From: Octopus vulgaris
Taxonomy: Eukaryota
DNA length: 64,000 nucleotides
NCBI GenBank assembly: GCA_951406725.2
Contig: OX597814.1
Span: 120,218,001-120,282,000 of the forward strand
Direction: 5' to 3'
The position numbers and the translations under genes are program-made. Each line of letters opens with the position of its first letter. The stretch's first letter is position 1. This document shows, in pieces, positions 14,532 to 28,332 of the stretch. The notes under the pieces are model-generated. The model had not been told where the DNA came from. It worked only from the letters and a program-made list of their open reading frames with translations, and did not search any database.

Positions 14532-14694
14532 CCATGTGCTTCTTTCAGTTTTCGTCTACCAAATCCACTCACAAGACTTTGGTCTGGCCGAGGCTATAGT
14601 AGAAGACACTTGCTCAAGGTGTCACGCGGTGGGACTGAACCCGGAACCGTGTGGTTCGTAAGCAAGCTACTTCCCACACAGCCACTCCTGCACC
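14532..14694 (-). mobile_element. SINE family A, 5' half (split copy)
   Basis: cttctttcagttttcgtctaccaaatccactcacaag...gtgggactgaacccggaacc...cagccactcctgcacc matches 51250-51407. Confidence 0.88.
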
Positions 14695-14764
<70 letters not shown>

Positions 14765-14940
14765 GAGAAGCTAAGAAGAAGAAGAAGAAGAAGAAGAAAA
14801 AGAAGAAGAAGAAGAAAAAGAAGAAGAAGAAGAAGAAGAAAAAAAAAGAAGAAGAAGTAGAAGAAGAAGAAGAAGAAGAAGAAGAAGAAGAAGAAGAAGA
14901 AGAAGAAGAAGAAGAAGAAGAAGAGGAGGAAGAGGAAGAT
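14695..14940. repeat. Compound (TAA)n-(GAA)n microsatellite
   Basis: Seen directly. Confidence 0.95.
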
Positions 14941-15243
14941 GGTGTCTACGTCGATGATGATGTGTATGTTTGATAAAATATGAGGATGCTAATCACGGTA
15001 TGCATTACGGTATTTTTATTTATAGGAATCATAGATGTATGAATATGGGTTGTAAGTGTATTATTTCCTATCTTCCACGAGAGCTCCTGATCAAATGAGT
15101 AAGTGAACACGCAATACAATTTCTGGGCAGCATTAGTTCAAATGCTGTATTAATCACATTTTAAAGTATTCTGTGGTGTTTATATATTCTTTTGAAAACA
15201 GAACATAATATATATACATTATTTATATATATCTATACATATA

Positions 15244-15451
15244 TACAATAATCCCTCTTCTATCGCGAGTTTTACGATCGTAAATCTCTCATAGAAATAA
15301 TTAAAATCTAAAATAATATAAATAATTATCGGCCCTAGAAACCTGGATATATTGAGGAGATCGCGATATAAATTTACATATATTAGTCAGAAAATTCCGC
15401 GATGTACTGAGAGTGCGTCTGGTGAATCGCAATATGGCGGGAATTACTGTA
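15244..15451. mobile_element. pogo/Tigger-like MITE
   Basis: Imperfect TIRs TA-caataatccctcttctatcgcg ... cgcaatatggcgggaattactg-TA, with TA flanks. Confidence 0.55.
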
Positions 15452-17794
15452 TTTTCATTATTTGATAAGTTTTAACATATATTAATATTATCTTATAACA
15501 GTAAAAAAGAACAAAGATGCTATGCAGTTTCAGTTCATTGTATACAGGTGGGTGTAATGTTAAAGAAATACGTGTTGTTAAAAAAAAATACGGTAGTGTA
15601 TATAACGTAATTTCTTTCTTGTCCGTCAAGCATAATTCTACCATGTTGTTTTCTCTTTATCTAGAATGGGAATGAAAATCTATTTCAACATTTCAATGAT
15701 TACTAATTACACGATCAAATACTATTCCTGAAGTTTCAATTTTCTAAGTTGTAGCTCGTGCAAACCAGAGCTAACGTGAAATAGGCGATCCTATTTCCAT
15801 ATCTGTGGAGTCCTTTCTCATATTAAGCTGAGTAAATAAGCTTCAATAAAGTGTATAATATATCAAGTGCATATTATAGAAGCTGTTAGTTTTCAGATCT
15901 CTGAAAGTACACGTTATTTGCCTTGGCTAGGATATTTTATTTGAAGTAACGATATCACCCTATATTTTTTGTTTCATTTTTAGACGGTATGGTTTTATTC
16001 GAGGAAATTTAGTTGATATTTGATGTAGGTAAAGTAAATTTGTTTAAGATTATTATCGGTTGTTTTAGAACGATATCCCACTGTATATAACATTAGTTTT
16101 ACCTCATACCTGCAAATCTACAATTTCTTACCTCATTACTCTTTACACTTACATCATCAAATTTTCTACAAGCATTATTAAATATTCTGTTTTGGGAATT
16201 GTTTCTCGCTGGATTTGTTTTCAATATTCTTCTCAGTAAGATAGTTGAGAATCAATTTAAACTGGAGACTTGAACAATGATAACTTGCCCTTTGAGAACA
16301 GTCATGCTGAATTTGTAGTTTCCATAAGTATGACTGTGATGGAGTCTCTATGTGAAATGTGCGTTTGAAAAGAATTAAAAGAGGTTTACCTTTGCTAATA
16401 CGAAGTATTAACAACGCAGATTGCCTACATGACGATGCTATACGTTTTACTATAGTTCCTACATTTATTGACAAGTACATTTCGTTTTGTATCTTGAAGT
16501 TGTGTTATATAAGAAGTTGCATATGCATATTACTTTTATGATAGCAAATCGAAGAACATAATATAAACATTGTGAAATAAAGTGAGGAAATATTTTCATA
16601 TTCAATTAATTACGAAAAAGGTTTATACAATTAACATACTCACGACTTCTGTGGGTGGAGATATATGTTCAAATGTTCGAACAATATCTAAATAACGTAC
16701 CTGAAGCGATGACTCTATGAATGGATTTTTTTCTTTTAAAATATTTCTTTGTCTAATGTGAAAACTGATCCTTGTTGCTTAAACATTTAGTCAAGTCAGT
16801 CACTTATGAGAAAATAGGAAATAATTGTAATAGTCAACATTTCACTTAGTCAATATACACTTACGTTTTACCTACCAGAATATTCTTTCTCTGTATATGA
16901 TTCTATGAAGACGGCAACTTAAGTAAATGTTACCATATCAGTGTGTATGCACGCATTGACATCAGCTTTCAAAAGTTTCGACTTTATGTAAATAATAGCT
17001 CCCAGCTGTTTACTAATGTCATTGATATTTTCGTTCGAGATATCGATCTGAATTATTTTCTTATATTTCTGCTTCAATGAAATTATATTTCAGAAGTTTG
17101 AAGTTGCAGCGATTACATAAGAGATTTGCTTATGCTTAATGAATTTTGTTTCATGAATAAATTATTATTAGTGTTTGTCATTTATGTAATAATCCTGTTC
17201 ATATATATTTCTAGAGGTGAAGGAATAATGCAGACACATACAATAAGGAAATGGAACGCATGATATATCTGCTTTTGCTATTTTTTAAAAAACAAACAAA
17301 TATATATTTGTATGTATATCCTTGGAAAATGTAAACATCTCAATCATTGAAATGAGAGAATAGTTTTGATTTCACTAAAATATTTCCAGAATATTCTTAG
17401 TCGTTTTCAGTGCCTGGAATATATCTTTAGAGAACATGTTGTTGAACAGCCCAATTGAAATATTTCAGGCAATTACTTGCGTAATTCTTCCTCAAATTGT
17501 CCCGATCAAGGTTTGGCCAATTAAGAATTCTAACATATTTCTCTTTACGTTGGTGAGAATATTCATTAATGTCAGTGATTTCGATATTTATTGAGAGAGC
17601 GGCAGAGCTTCATATTCCTCACAACTTCAACTATTCATATGCCGAACTAGTTACGTGTATTCATTTTAATTTAAATAATTATTCAAATCTTTATATGTAC
17701 TCTCCCTGTATTTTAAACCTCACAATTTCCTATATTTCTTTTATACTAATATAAGGAGTGATTAGTACCGGTACACACACACATACACACACAC

Positions 17795-17831
<37 letters not shown>

Positions 17832-18111
17832 ATTTTATTGTGTCTGGGGAGAGTCATACTGTTTTAATACCTTATTAATTAACACACTCACCGGTTCGAT
17901 TTCAACTCATTTATTGTTTTATTTTTTGAAAATTTTTGGTTGCTTTTGCAAAATCCGATAGTCATTGATTCTGTCATTTTGCTTGCTATGGGAACTGCAT
18001 TCGTTTTGCTTGTTTGTTTGTGCGCATGTGTGTGCGTAAATGTGCATATGTATACACATATGTATCTATGTATTTGTGTATATATCCTTGTGTGTCCATG
18101 CATATATATAT

Positions 18112-18186
<75 letters not shown>

Positions 18187-18227
18187 TAAAAAAAATGGAG
18201 TTAACGCAGGTTTATACAAGTATTTTT

Positions 18228-18314
18228 AGTTTCTACATATGTTTCAAAAATTCCACTGATACTTATTCAAAAGAATAAAAGGTATAAACAATGCAATCTT
18301 CTCTTCGGGAAAGT
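18228..18314 (-). ncRNA. PLE hammerhead ribozyme (U4C core), inverted arm
   Basis: Minus strand: actttc-CCGAAGA-gaagatt...aattttt-GAAA-catatg-TA-gaaact. Palindromic stem III. Confidence 0.7.
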
Positions 18315-18662
18315 GAAAAAACGAAACTTGTCAATACGACATTTTAGCAAAAAATGATGGATTCGTATAGCGATAGACAGAACGCTATTAATATTATTTA
18401 AAAAAACGTTATATGATATAACATCATAAGTAGCTAACAGAAAGAGTAGGGATATTAATAGTGAATGTTAAATATAAAGGAAATTAAAGTCTAAACTATA
18501 TATAATGATAGAGACTACTTATATGCACATCTAAAGTATGTTTCTGCCAATGCTTACATCTGTATGCTCGTTCTATAACCGCGTTTACTAGAGTATTTTT
18601 AGAAAAAATAATGAAAAATAGCTCAGAATTGCAGAGAAGACAGAATTTCTTGCCTTTGTCAT

Positions 18663-19511
18663 ATGGTATCGAAATTGAGAGAATCAACCATTCTAAATGA
18701 AATTGTTCATTGTGGTCTTTTAAATCCCAAATCAGTTTGCTATTCCGTTTATTACCGATCTAAAAGTAAATATAACACCTTCAAAAGTAATTACGCTATG
18801 AATACTAGTAAGAATATTTGGTTAATAATTCCTTACGGGAGACAAATTAAATCTAATCTCCCACTGCTGTTTCGTCAAGCTATTGCTAGGAATTTTCCAA
18901 ATAATTCTAGATATTATTCTATAATTAATTCACATAAGGTTAGGATAGGTTTTTCAAACACAAAAAATCTCTTGCAAATTATATCTTCTCATAATAACAA
19001 ACTGTTAAATATTAATACATTTACTAATACTAACATTAATTTAGCTACTACCATCCAACCCTCTAGAAATATTAATAACAAGGTTATCGTATCTGAAGTC
19101 AATCCCAATAGAATTAAATTTATGTCAAGTAACTCTAAGATTAAAAATTCTATATACCAGTGTATAATCAGTACTCGTAATAAAGTACGATTTTACATTG
19201 GAAGCACATCGTTAGAGTTATCTAAGAGAATTTCTATCCATTACTCAACATTTAGGGATAGAAATAAACGGAATAGTACCGGTCTCAGCAAACTGATTTG
19301 GGATTTAAAAGACCACAATGAAAAATTTCATTTAGAATGGTTGATCCTCTCAATTTCGATACCATATGACAAAGGCAAGAAATTCTGTCTTCTCTGCAAT
19401 TCTGAGCTATTTTTCATTATTTTTTCTAAAAATACTCTAGTAAACACGGTTATAGAACGAGCATACAGATGTAAGCATTGGCAGAAACATACTTTTAGTG
19501 CATATAAGTAG
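18663..19511 (+). CDS. Penelope-type GIY-YIG endonuclease C-terminal region (open frame; first ~30 aa derive from the inverted arm)
   Basis: IWLIIPY...NFP...HKVRIGFS..NLLQIISSHNNKLL linker, IYQC...FYIGST...KRISIHYSTF...NSTGLSKLIWDLK...W.IL...PY....CLLCNSE...N..E...CKH. These are the conserved PLE endonuclease motifs. Confidence 0.9.
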   Translation: MVSKLRESTILNEIVHCGLLNPKSVCYSVYYRSKSKYNTFKSNYAMNTSKNIWLIIPYGRQIKSNLPLLFRQAIARNFPNNSRYYSIINSHKVRIGFSNTKNLLQIISSHNNKLLNINTFTNTNINLATTIQPSRNINNKVIVSEVNPNRIKFMSSNSKIKNSIYQCIISTRNKVRFYIGSTSLELSKRISIHYSTFRDRNKRNSTGLSKLIWDLKDHNEKFHLEWLILSISIPYDKGKKFCLLCNSELFFIIFSKNTLVNTVIERAYRCKHWQKHTFSAYK

Positions 19512-19711
19512 TCTCTATCATTATATATAGTTTAGACTTTAATTTCCTTTATATTTAACATTCACTATTAATATCCCTACTCTTTCTGTTAGCTACTTAT
19601 GACGTTATATCATATAACGTTTTTTTAAACAATATTAATAGCGTTCTGTCTATCGCTATACGAATCCATCATTTTTTGCTAAAATGTCGTATTGACAAGT
19701 TTCGTTTTTTC

Positions 19712-19798
19712 ACTTTCCCAAAGAGAAGATTGCATTGTTTATACCTTTTATTCTTTTGAATAAGTATCAGTGGAATTTTTGAAACATATGTAGAAAGT
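19712..19798 (+). ncRNA. PLE hammerhead ribozyme, probably inactivated (G5A)
   Basis: actttc-CCAAAGA-gaagatt...aattttt-GAAA-catatg-TA-gaaagt. Perfect stem I. Confidence 0.65.
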
Positions 19799-19986
19799 AA
19801 AAATACTTGTTTAAACCTGCGTTAACTCCATTTTTTATTCATATTATTCAAATATTCAACGTAAATACGAAGTTTCAACCTTTATAAACAAGGAGTTACA
19901 ACATCTTTACTTGTGAGATTTTTGCTGCCCTGGTAACTATTCATTCATTTATCCGTGTTAATTGTTAACAAGGTAAAATACACTCA

Positions 19987-20040
<54 letters not shown>

Positions 20041-20067
20041 TATATATACATATATATATGCATAAGC

Positions 20068-20124
<57 letters not shown>

Positions 20125-20726
20125 CATGTATGCGTATCTCTACGTTTGTATGTATTCTGCTTATTCATGTGTTCGTGTTTGTTTGTGTATGTGTGTGTGT
20201 CTACATAACAGCCTACTAACAGATCTACTTGTATATGTATAACCTGTAGATATTGGGGTATTATTACGTTCTGTGTGTATCGTCTATTTAGTACTGGGGA
20301 TGTTTTATTTATGAGGGCGTACTCCTGTACTTGTCTGAGTGTTGGTTCCTTCGGGAGCTTGGATAAAATGTGGATGTCAATGTATGGAAAACTTAAGTTT
20401 ACTTGTAATCTCCCCTTTCGTACACACACCAAGTAGTTAGCTAACTCACTTTGGGATCATGAGTACACCAAACCTCATGTGTGCCTATAATCACATTGTA
20501 TGAGCGAGTGTACTCGCGCTATGCTGCTTGCCCGAGGCGTTTATACATCCATATTTGTTATTGGCTATTTTTAATTGTTTCCTCGCTGGATTGCGTGTTC
20601 ATTTCTCTTTTTGCCATTTGTGATTTTATTTATAAATGAAGATATTTCTTCCGTCTAGTTGATTTTGTCTCTATAAAACGGTAATTTATATTGCGGAACA
20701 GTTATTTTAACGAGTTGTTTTTATTT

Positions 20727-20832
20727 ATCATCCGACGAGATACACCTGTACCGCCGGAGGCTCCTGAACCAGTTGTTGAGTGACTCACACATGAGGAATC
20801 GATGCTAGATATGCCGAAACAATTGTCGTGAT
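20727..20832 (+). ncRNA. Hammerhead-like motif (U4C core, long stem II region) near the 3' end of a PLE-type fragment ending at (TA)n ~20877
   Basis: atcat-CCGACGA-[~77 nt]-GAAA-caattg-TC-gtgat. Stem II base is imperfect. Confidence 0.6.
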
Positions 20833-20874
20833 TAAAAATAAATTCTCGAAAATTCCATTTCCGTCTTTCATTTG

Positions 20875-20986
<112 letters not shown>

Positions 20987-21780
20987 AAATATGCATGTTT
21001 CAATGCTTCCAGCTACGTACGTATGATGTGTACTATATTACCACTTGAATTTATAGCTATTCCATGGCTCTTATTTTTCTTTTTTATTTGTTTTGGAAGT
21101 CATATCATTTTAATTCACCTTTACCTGCGGAGATTATTCATCCATCACCGTGAATATTATTCTAAATATTAAAATCTTACATTTCGTTTACAATCAGTAG
21201 AAGTAACCGAGGGACATCTTACATGAGTATTGTGTCACGTTGGCAGAAAATGTTTATGAATTTCTGCCATTGACAATAAGTATTGCCTCTTCATGAATCT
21301 ACATGACGTATGACAAAATTTTATTGAATGTATTGTTGTATTGTCTCAATGCATGTATCTCTTTCAACTGCCAATTATAATGTAGAGCTCCAAGACATAA
21401 ACAGCTCAAACAGCTCATGCACTTGCTCTCAGATTAGCTGTAATAATGTTAATGCAAACGCACGGATCAAGACAACCCTACTTCAGAATTTATATCTCAG
21501 TATACATAACATAAAATTTACAAGCATTCATCGTTAAATGGTTTGGGTTTATATTTTATATTATTGCGTTGTGAATGATTTGTATCCAGCGTGGAGATCA
21601 TATTTATTAACAAAGACTTTGTTTAGCTACACAGACATATATTTCTATGTGCATGTGTGCCTGGCTTATGTATCCTTGTGTGTATATTTGTATGTGTGTG
21701 CGTTAACTTATATGAATCTATCGGTCAATACTGTAGGATAAATTGGATTGCCCAACCCCATTTATGTATTTGCACACTAG

Positions 21781-21826
<46 letters not shown>

Positions 21827-21989
21827 TCTCTCTCTCTCTCTTTCTCTTTCTCTCTCTCTCTCTCTCTCTCTTCATAACCGGTACAAGGTTTTAAGAATAT
21901 TTTAGTAGAAGCATTTGTTTATTATTACTACGCATCTAATTAACTTACTTGCCAACATTTTTATTCCAGACAGGAGATAGAGCATTCAA

Positions 21990-22670
21990 TACAGTCTGCT
22001 AAACATTGCTTGTCACAGATGACTAGTTTGCATAATGCTGTTGGAAGATGAAAACAAATCGGAAGCTCACTAGGCGAGAAGGTTTTTGAAAAACTATGGA
22101 AAAATAGCTACAGAACCTTATGAAATGTTTGCGATTACTTATGCATTGATTTATATGAACTGAGTATCTGTTTGTCGATGCCACACTAGATCAAGCAAAT
22201 CAAGTCTACCGGAAATCTCTTGATGTTCTCCATTTTCGACAGTCTACACATCATTCATATTCACTGTCTCCCTGTGGCTAGACGGTCAACAATGTGTAAT
22301 TTGTAGAGATTTTGAACGTGTTCAGAAAGAGATTTCGTCGCAAACCGTCAGAATACCTGCTACACGATAATTTACGAGTTCACACTTCTATCCTGCTAAC
22401 CATCTACTTGACGAAGAAGGGCCTCAAAGCTGTCCTTCACTTTCATGCATTCCTAGGCTTTCCTGTAACTTTGGATTTTTAACACGCTAAAGGTGGAGTC
22501 GATAATGATCCTGGGCACATTCATTTTGGAGGACTTGGATGAGGCCTTCAGGAAGTGCTGTGGTGCTTTAACAAGTACACTGAAGTTAGAGTATCCTATC
22601 GTGAAGAGGTTTAGAATTTTGGACTTCTGTGAAATTATTCCAGTTTTACAAACTTCTCAAATGCATCTTA
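21990..22670 (+). mobile_element. Heavily decayed mariner-like transposon remnant
   Basis: ggaaaaatagctacagaaccttatgaaatg reads GKIATEPYEM (mariner N-terminal helix-like). A 3' FILEDLDEAFRK segment resembles a mariner C-terminus. Confidence 0.45.
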
Positions 22671-24479
22671 CACACACATATATATATATACTTACATGCA
22701 TACATACGACCTTTCATACACACATACATAGGACTACATATAAACACACGCACACACACTCGCATACACGTTATATATACAGTATATATACATACATAGA
22801 TATAAATATTAATACATAAATACATAAAATACTTGAACCTATCTCAACAATTTCAGAAATTACATTTTTATTTTCACTGCACTTTCACTTCGCCTGCTCA
22901 GCTGACATAGATTATCTGCATCTCGCTCAAAGTCTCCGGCACACTGTATCTCTCTTCTGTGTGTGAGCGTGTGTGTGCCTGTGTGTGCGTGTGCGTGTGT
23001 GTGTGTGAGTATATGTGTGTGTGTGCATGTCTCTACCTCTCTTTCTATCACACTGATGTCATCAAGCCTGCATAAATTTCAAATTTTTTTTTTATATCCA
23101 CAGACTCTTGCAACATCATCATCATAAGTGTGTATGTGAGTGTGAGAGGGGGCGAGAAATAAACTTCTGCCTTTGTATATGTGTGTCTATATTACACTTC
23201 CATAAAGTCATACTCACACACACTAAAACACACCATGAAACCATGATTGTCTAAAATATTGTGTTGAAAATCTAGATGGAAACATCTAGAGTGAACATGC
23301 TACATTAAGATATGTAATATATTTTCTCCATTTGTGTATTGTACAAATATGATTTCCTGTCAGACTCGATGTATAGTTTCAGTTTTAAAATTAACATTTG
23401 CCATCATCTTGTTTATATCCTTTTCCGAAGCATATCTGACAGTTTCTATGACAGATGTTGAAATAGCAACACAAATAGCATTCTACTATCTACGAAAATT
23501 CTTTTCTCATCTCCTTCAACATTTGCATTATTTATTCGAAGAAATAACCAATTATCTCATGACACATCAATACCTCATTAAATTTTACTTCGTTATTGTT
23601 ATTCTTGCAGTATCTTTCTCGTTAATTGATTCCAACAATAATTCTCAAAAATGCGTCTTCTTTTACGTTTAGTTTTTTTTCTTTCTTCTTCTCTGTAAGC
23701 TTGAATGATACGTAATTATAACGTATTTTCCGCTCAAGACAAATACATAGCAAAGGAAACCGTTTAGCTTGGCATAATGTAGGCGCCTTACACTAAAAAC
23801 AGATATATAATTATAAGAGCACAATGATGAAAAATGACTTGATACACTATTTCATAATAAGTATGTTAGAGAAAATATTTTCTTCGATGTATTAAGGAGA
23901 AAACGACATAAAAAATAATTTTCAAACAGCGGAAATATGTCCAGAATATGAAAAGATATATCTATGCAAATGATTTTTGCAATAAACATGTGTGTATATA
24001 TACATTGTTATATAATCTGTGAAATATTTTTCTACAAAATGTATTTAACTGTTCCGTGAATTGAGTAGTTTATTTTTAAGAAATGCTGTAAATAAATCAA
24101 GAAGCGAGTCGAGTCTTATGCATGTCTAACGGATGTAATACAAATAAAAGCCCTGCCCTGTAACTTTCTTTGAAGAATTATCACGTTAGACTACGGAGTA
24201 TTAGATATAGAATAACCTGTGTTGACAGTGGTGGAGTGCATTTAATCATAGATTTGTATAAACACAAGTAAACTGGACGAAATAAAATCAAAATTTGTAT
24301 CAACCAAATTTCAAGCGTTTATATGCTGTTTAAATCTAACGAACAGATAAAATACGTAATGATGAAGACGGGATAGTACAAAAAGTATCACAGGCTTCCT
24401 TAATCAATGCTGACCTGAGTTGAACTACAATAACAAAGACGTTATTTGAAAACATGAAGTAGTTTTCCTTCTTTTTTAT

Positions 24480-24833
24480 CCTGTTATTTCTTTTTGGCAT
24501 TTGACTACAGCCACGATGGAACACCACTTTTAGTCGAACAAAGCGACACCATATACTTTCTAATTTTAGTACTTATTCTATGGGTAGCTTTTTCTAAGTT
24601 AGGGCGATGCAAGCACACCAACATCGGTTGTCAAGTGATGTTGGGGGGACAAACACAGACATACATACAGACAGACAGACACACACATATATACGACGGG
24701 CTTCTTGCAATGTCCGCCTAACAAATCGACTCACATGACTTGTGTTGGCTCAATGCTATAGTTGAAGACACTTGCCTAAGATGCCACACAGTGAGACTAA
24801 ATCCGCAAACATGTGATTAGGAAGCAAACTTCT
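24480..24833 (-). mobile_element. SINE family A copy
   Basis: catcggttgtcaagtgatgttgggggacaaac...atacgacgggcttctt...gaagacacttgcctaag...ggaagcaaact. Confidence 0.8.
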
Positions 24834-24834
24834 T

Positions 24835-25900
24835 TATTTCAATATTTTTGCCATAAATGCATTACACAGAGGGGACACTACAACACATGTGGGGGCACAT
24901 AACAATTAAAAATCTATAAAAATAAAATATATTATGAATGACACATGAAAATGAACATGTAAAACAAATTAAAATTATGATTGCGTGATACTTAAAAATG
25001 AAAATATGAAGAGTGTGCTACTCACTCCACAGTGAGCAACACCACTCGCCGCCTCTGAGCTCTAATTTCCTTTCAGTCACTTTTCCTGTTCCACAGACGT
25101 TCCATGACAGCACTCTCTCGTAACCTTTTCCATCGGGGGAGGGTCTTCTAAATCCTGAGGTGTCTGCTCTTTTTTTCTTTTTTCCTGTGGGGAAATGGGG
25201 TGGGTGGATTTGGTGTCTGCATGGGGAGGGTGGGTCTGAGTGGTATTCAGTGGGATGGAGCTGAACTGGGATACTACATCATACTTAGTGTTCTTTCTTT
25301 TTTTCTCTCTTTCCTTCTAATGTCTGTTACTCTCCATTCTTCCTGCCTTTCCTGCTTTACTCCATCTGCCTTTCTTCCTCTCTTTTCTCTTCCATCTCCA
25401 CAGCGGTTTCCTCTGCTATTGGTCTCTGTAGAGGGCATAATGCTCTAATGTGGCCCCTTTGGCCACATTTAAAACAACTTGGTACTCTGCCCTCTACCCA
25501 CACTCTCAGTAAATTTCCTTCGGCGTCACCGTCTCTGCCAAACTCTCCTCCGTCTGTATAATTAATTTTAGTGTCTTCCCTTTCCACTCACCTTTCGTTT
25601 CTGTGGCTTGAAGGACAGCCACTTTCTCCTCACTTCCAACAAGTACAGCGGCCGCCACCCAGTCCAATTGTATATGATGTGGAATTTCTTCTACCCTTAC
25701 TTTGGAAGTCTTTCATCCAAGGTATGTGGGCAGAAGCACTACTTCCTGTGTTTTCACCGCCACACTCACCAGCTTCCTCGCCTCCTGTACTGTCCTAAAC
25801 TGGACGACCATTTCCCATACCTCCTTCCTTTAGTTATGTATATTATTTCCTTTGACCGTCCTCTTAGCGCCTCTTCCATTTCAGCTTCCACCTGCTCGGC
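24835..25900 (-). mobile_element. LINE remnant (L1/Tx1-like ORF1 with CX2CX4HX4C zinc knuckle)
   Basis: ORF 25357-25587: LLRVWVEGRVPSCFKCGQRGHIRALCP followed by an E/K/R-rich tail. Neighbouring frames are disrupted. Confidence 0.7.
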
Positions 25901-25964
25901 TTTTTTTGCTTTTTTATGAGCAAAACGTAAACAGTAGCAAAACAGAATAGTAAAATATATTTTC

Positions 25965-26185
25965 TACCTAAATGTGGTGGACCTATAGGGGACGATGCTA
26001 CTGTTGTTAATAACCCCAGGAAGGCATCTTCTCCAGTAGCATCGTCCCCTATGTGTCGGCCACATTTTGGTGGCAATTATACTTCATGATTTCGCTGTGC
26101 TACTGTTTACGTCTCGCTCAGAGATTTATTTTTGCTTGCTTCTCCTTTTTCGAGATTAGCGACTGTTTGTCACTGGAAAAAGCAT
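25965..26185. mobile_element. Fragment of the 357-nt HHR family (inverted plus forward pieces, HHR not retained)
   Basis: ccccaggaaggcatcttctccag (minus-strand match to 42993-43018), and tactgtttacgtctcgctcagagattta...tttttcgagattagcgac...actggaaaaag matching 42737-42820. Confidence 0.65.
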
Positions 26186-27174
26186 TAAGTATTACGTGTG
26201 TAACACTTAAGGCTAGAGATGGGAATGATGGTTTCCCTCCACAAGTATTAAATAATAAAAGTAGTAGATTTAGAAAGGTTTTCATACCAGTGGTTAGCAT
26301 GCATAAGAAAATCAATAGACAGTTTATTTTCACATAAAGCAGTATATAAACACTGTTATATATGAAAGAGGTGACACTTGACAGGACACATTACATGCTA
26401 GAACGGGCAGGGAAATCCCAAAGTAGGAATAAGAAAAATTTCAAAGGGAATGAGAATAAAAATATGTTTGGAGCTACCCTCAGACTCAAGTTTCTGTATC
26501 AATGTGCAAAATAAATTTGCTGCTTAAATATGTATTTTTTTAAGCGCAGTCACCGAAGAAGTACGAGAGGCAAATTAATTTATTTTGCACTTTGATATAG
26601 GAACTCGAGTCTGAGATTCACTACATAAATATTTTTATTCTCATTCCCTTTGAAATTGCTCTTATCCGTAGTTTACATCTTATCTTTGTGAACCCGCTGT
26701 TCGCTCCCATTTCGTGACATCTTAGACATGCAGTCACTTTTATAGCCTCGGGTTGATTCCTACCTTTTAAACGCAAGAAAGACAGATGTCCGTTTGGTTG
26801 GAAATTATATTCAAAAATAAAAGTATATGCATGGACGCCTACCAATAAACAAAGTAAATAAGAAATAAATTCATGATTAATACAGTCAAGTGTCCGCCTT
26901 AAAAGAAATTACAGTTGACACAATCTTTCAAATAAGAGAATTGTTTTGTTAAGAAGCTATATCAGTCACCTTCGATATATCTTAGAAGCAAATCAAAATG
27001 TTAGAACGACGTAATAAATGTTAGATAAAGCAATAAAGAAAAGTGGGTAAAGAAATACACATGAGAAGTGAACAAGAAATTATCACACCTGTTTCTTACT
27101 AATTCAATATCATCTCCCTTTTCTCACGCTACGTTCTCGCTCTCTCTCTTTCTTTCTCTCTCTCATTCCTCCCT

Positions 27175-27237
<63 letters not shown>

Positions 27238-27336
27238 TAGATAAATACATACATATATATATATGTATATATATATACATATATACATACATACATGCAT
27301 ATATATATATGTATATATATATACATATATACATAC

Positions 27337-27406
<70 letters not shown>

Positions 27407-27945
27407 GCATACGTGTTATAGATAAAGAAATTGATAGCGTAAACGATAACAATATTTAGTATTAATATATTGCCGCCGAACTATAGATGGAAGTCGGATA
27501 TGAAGCACATATAAAGGAAGACATATTGTATATTTAAAAAGCATAATCTAATTCCACACAGCCATCGTCAATCAGACTGATTAATCCATCATCGCACGTT
27601 ATACGTACTTTTAGATAAAACACATTAGTTCCATCCCACCAAAAATCGAGCTAAGCTCACACAGAGTACAACGGCATGGGTTTTCAATTTCTTTTGGCTT
27701 TGCAGAACAGATTGAAGCTCTCACAAGTTCACGTGTGTCGGATGGAAGCAATTATTCTTAAAAATTGTTTATAATGCATATTTATGAAGGTCTCAATATA
27801 TTACAATTTTACTAATAGACAACCAAGAACTGAATATGACGTGTCTGCACAGTTTCGGTTAATCGTACTGACACAAACACTTGCACATCCACATGCATGA
27901 ACACACACATTCACACACACACACTTATGCACGCATATATATATA

Positions 27946-28332
27946 TCTTTATATATAAAAGTGAGGTTGTGTGCTGTCTGTCTCCTACGATTTAGATTCC
28001 TAACTACTCCCACATTTTGCGGTGTTGTTTAACCAAAACCGGGTATCTTATAGTCCTGATTCTTATAGAGCCCTTCTGGGTATTAGCGCGCGTCTACGAT
28101 GAGTCTACGATTTTAAAAGAAATTTACCATCAATTTTTCCCATTTTTAATGCACTTTTGGCATATATAAGGGAAGTAACTCTCTAAAAATTTATTATTAA
28201 ATCTCAGAACGTAAAAAGCTACAGTAACCTTGTGGTTAGCCATATTGAGATGGCTATTATACTTTACATCTCTAAAAATGCTTATATAGTTATTTCCCTT
28301 ACAAACCCGAGCAACGCCGGGCGATACTGTTA

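Larger units (their letters stand above)
18183..19988 (+). mobile_element. 5'-truncated Penelope-like retroelement with inverted pseudo-LTR arm, inserted in (TA)n
   Basis: 18183-18753 is a near-perfect reverse complement of ~19263-19843. Contains a GIY-YIG ORF and a 3' HHR. Both ends run into (TA)n. Confidence 0.92.

Noticed and set aside
18663-18753. N-terminus (MVSKLRES...) of the 282-aa ORF as a real start
   Set aside because: It lies in the inverted arm and is antisense to the element's own coding sequence.
22860-23100. Possible promoter/5' UTR-like segment
   Set aside because: Only a compositional impression. No linked exon identified.
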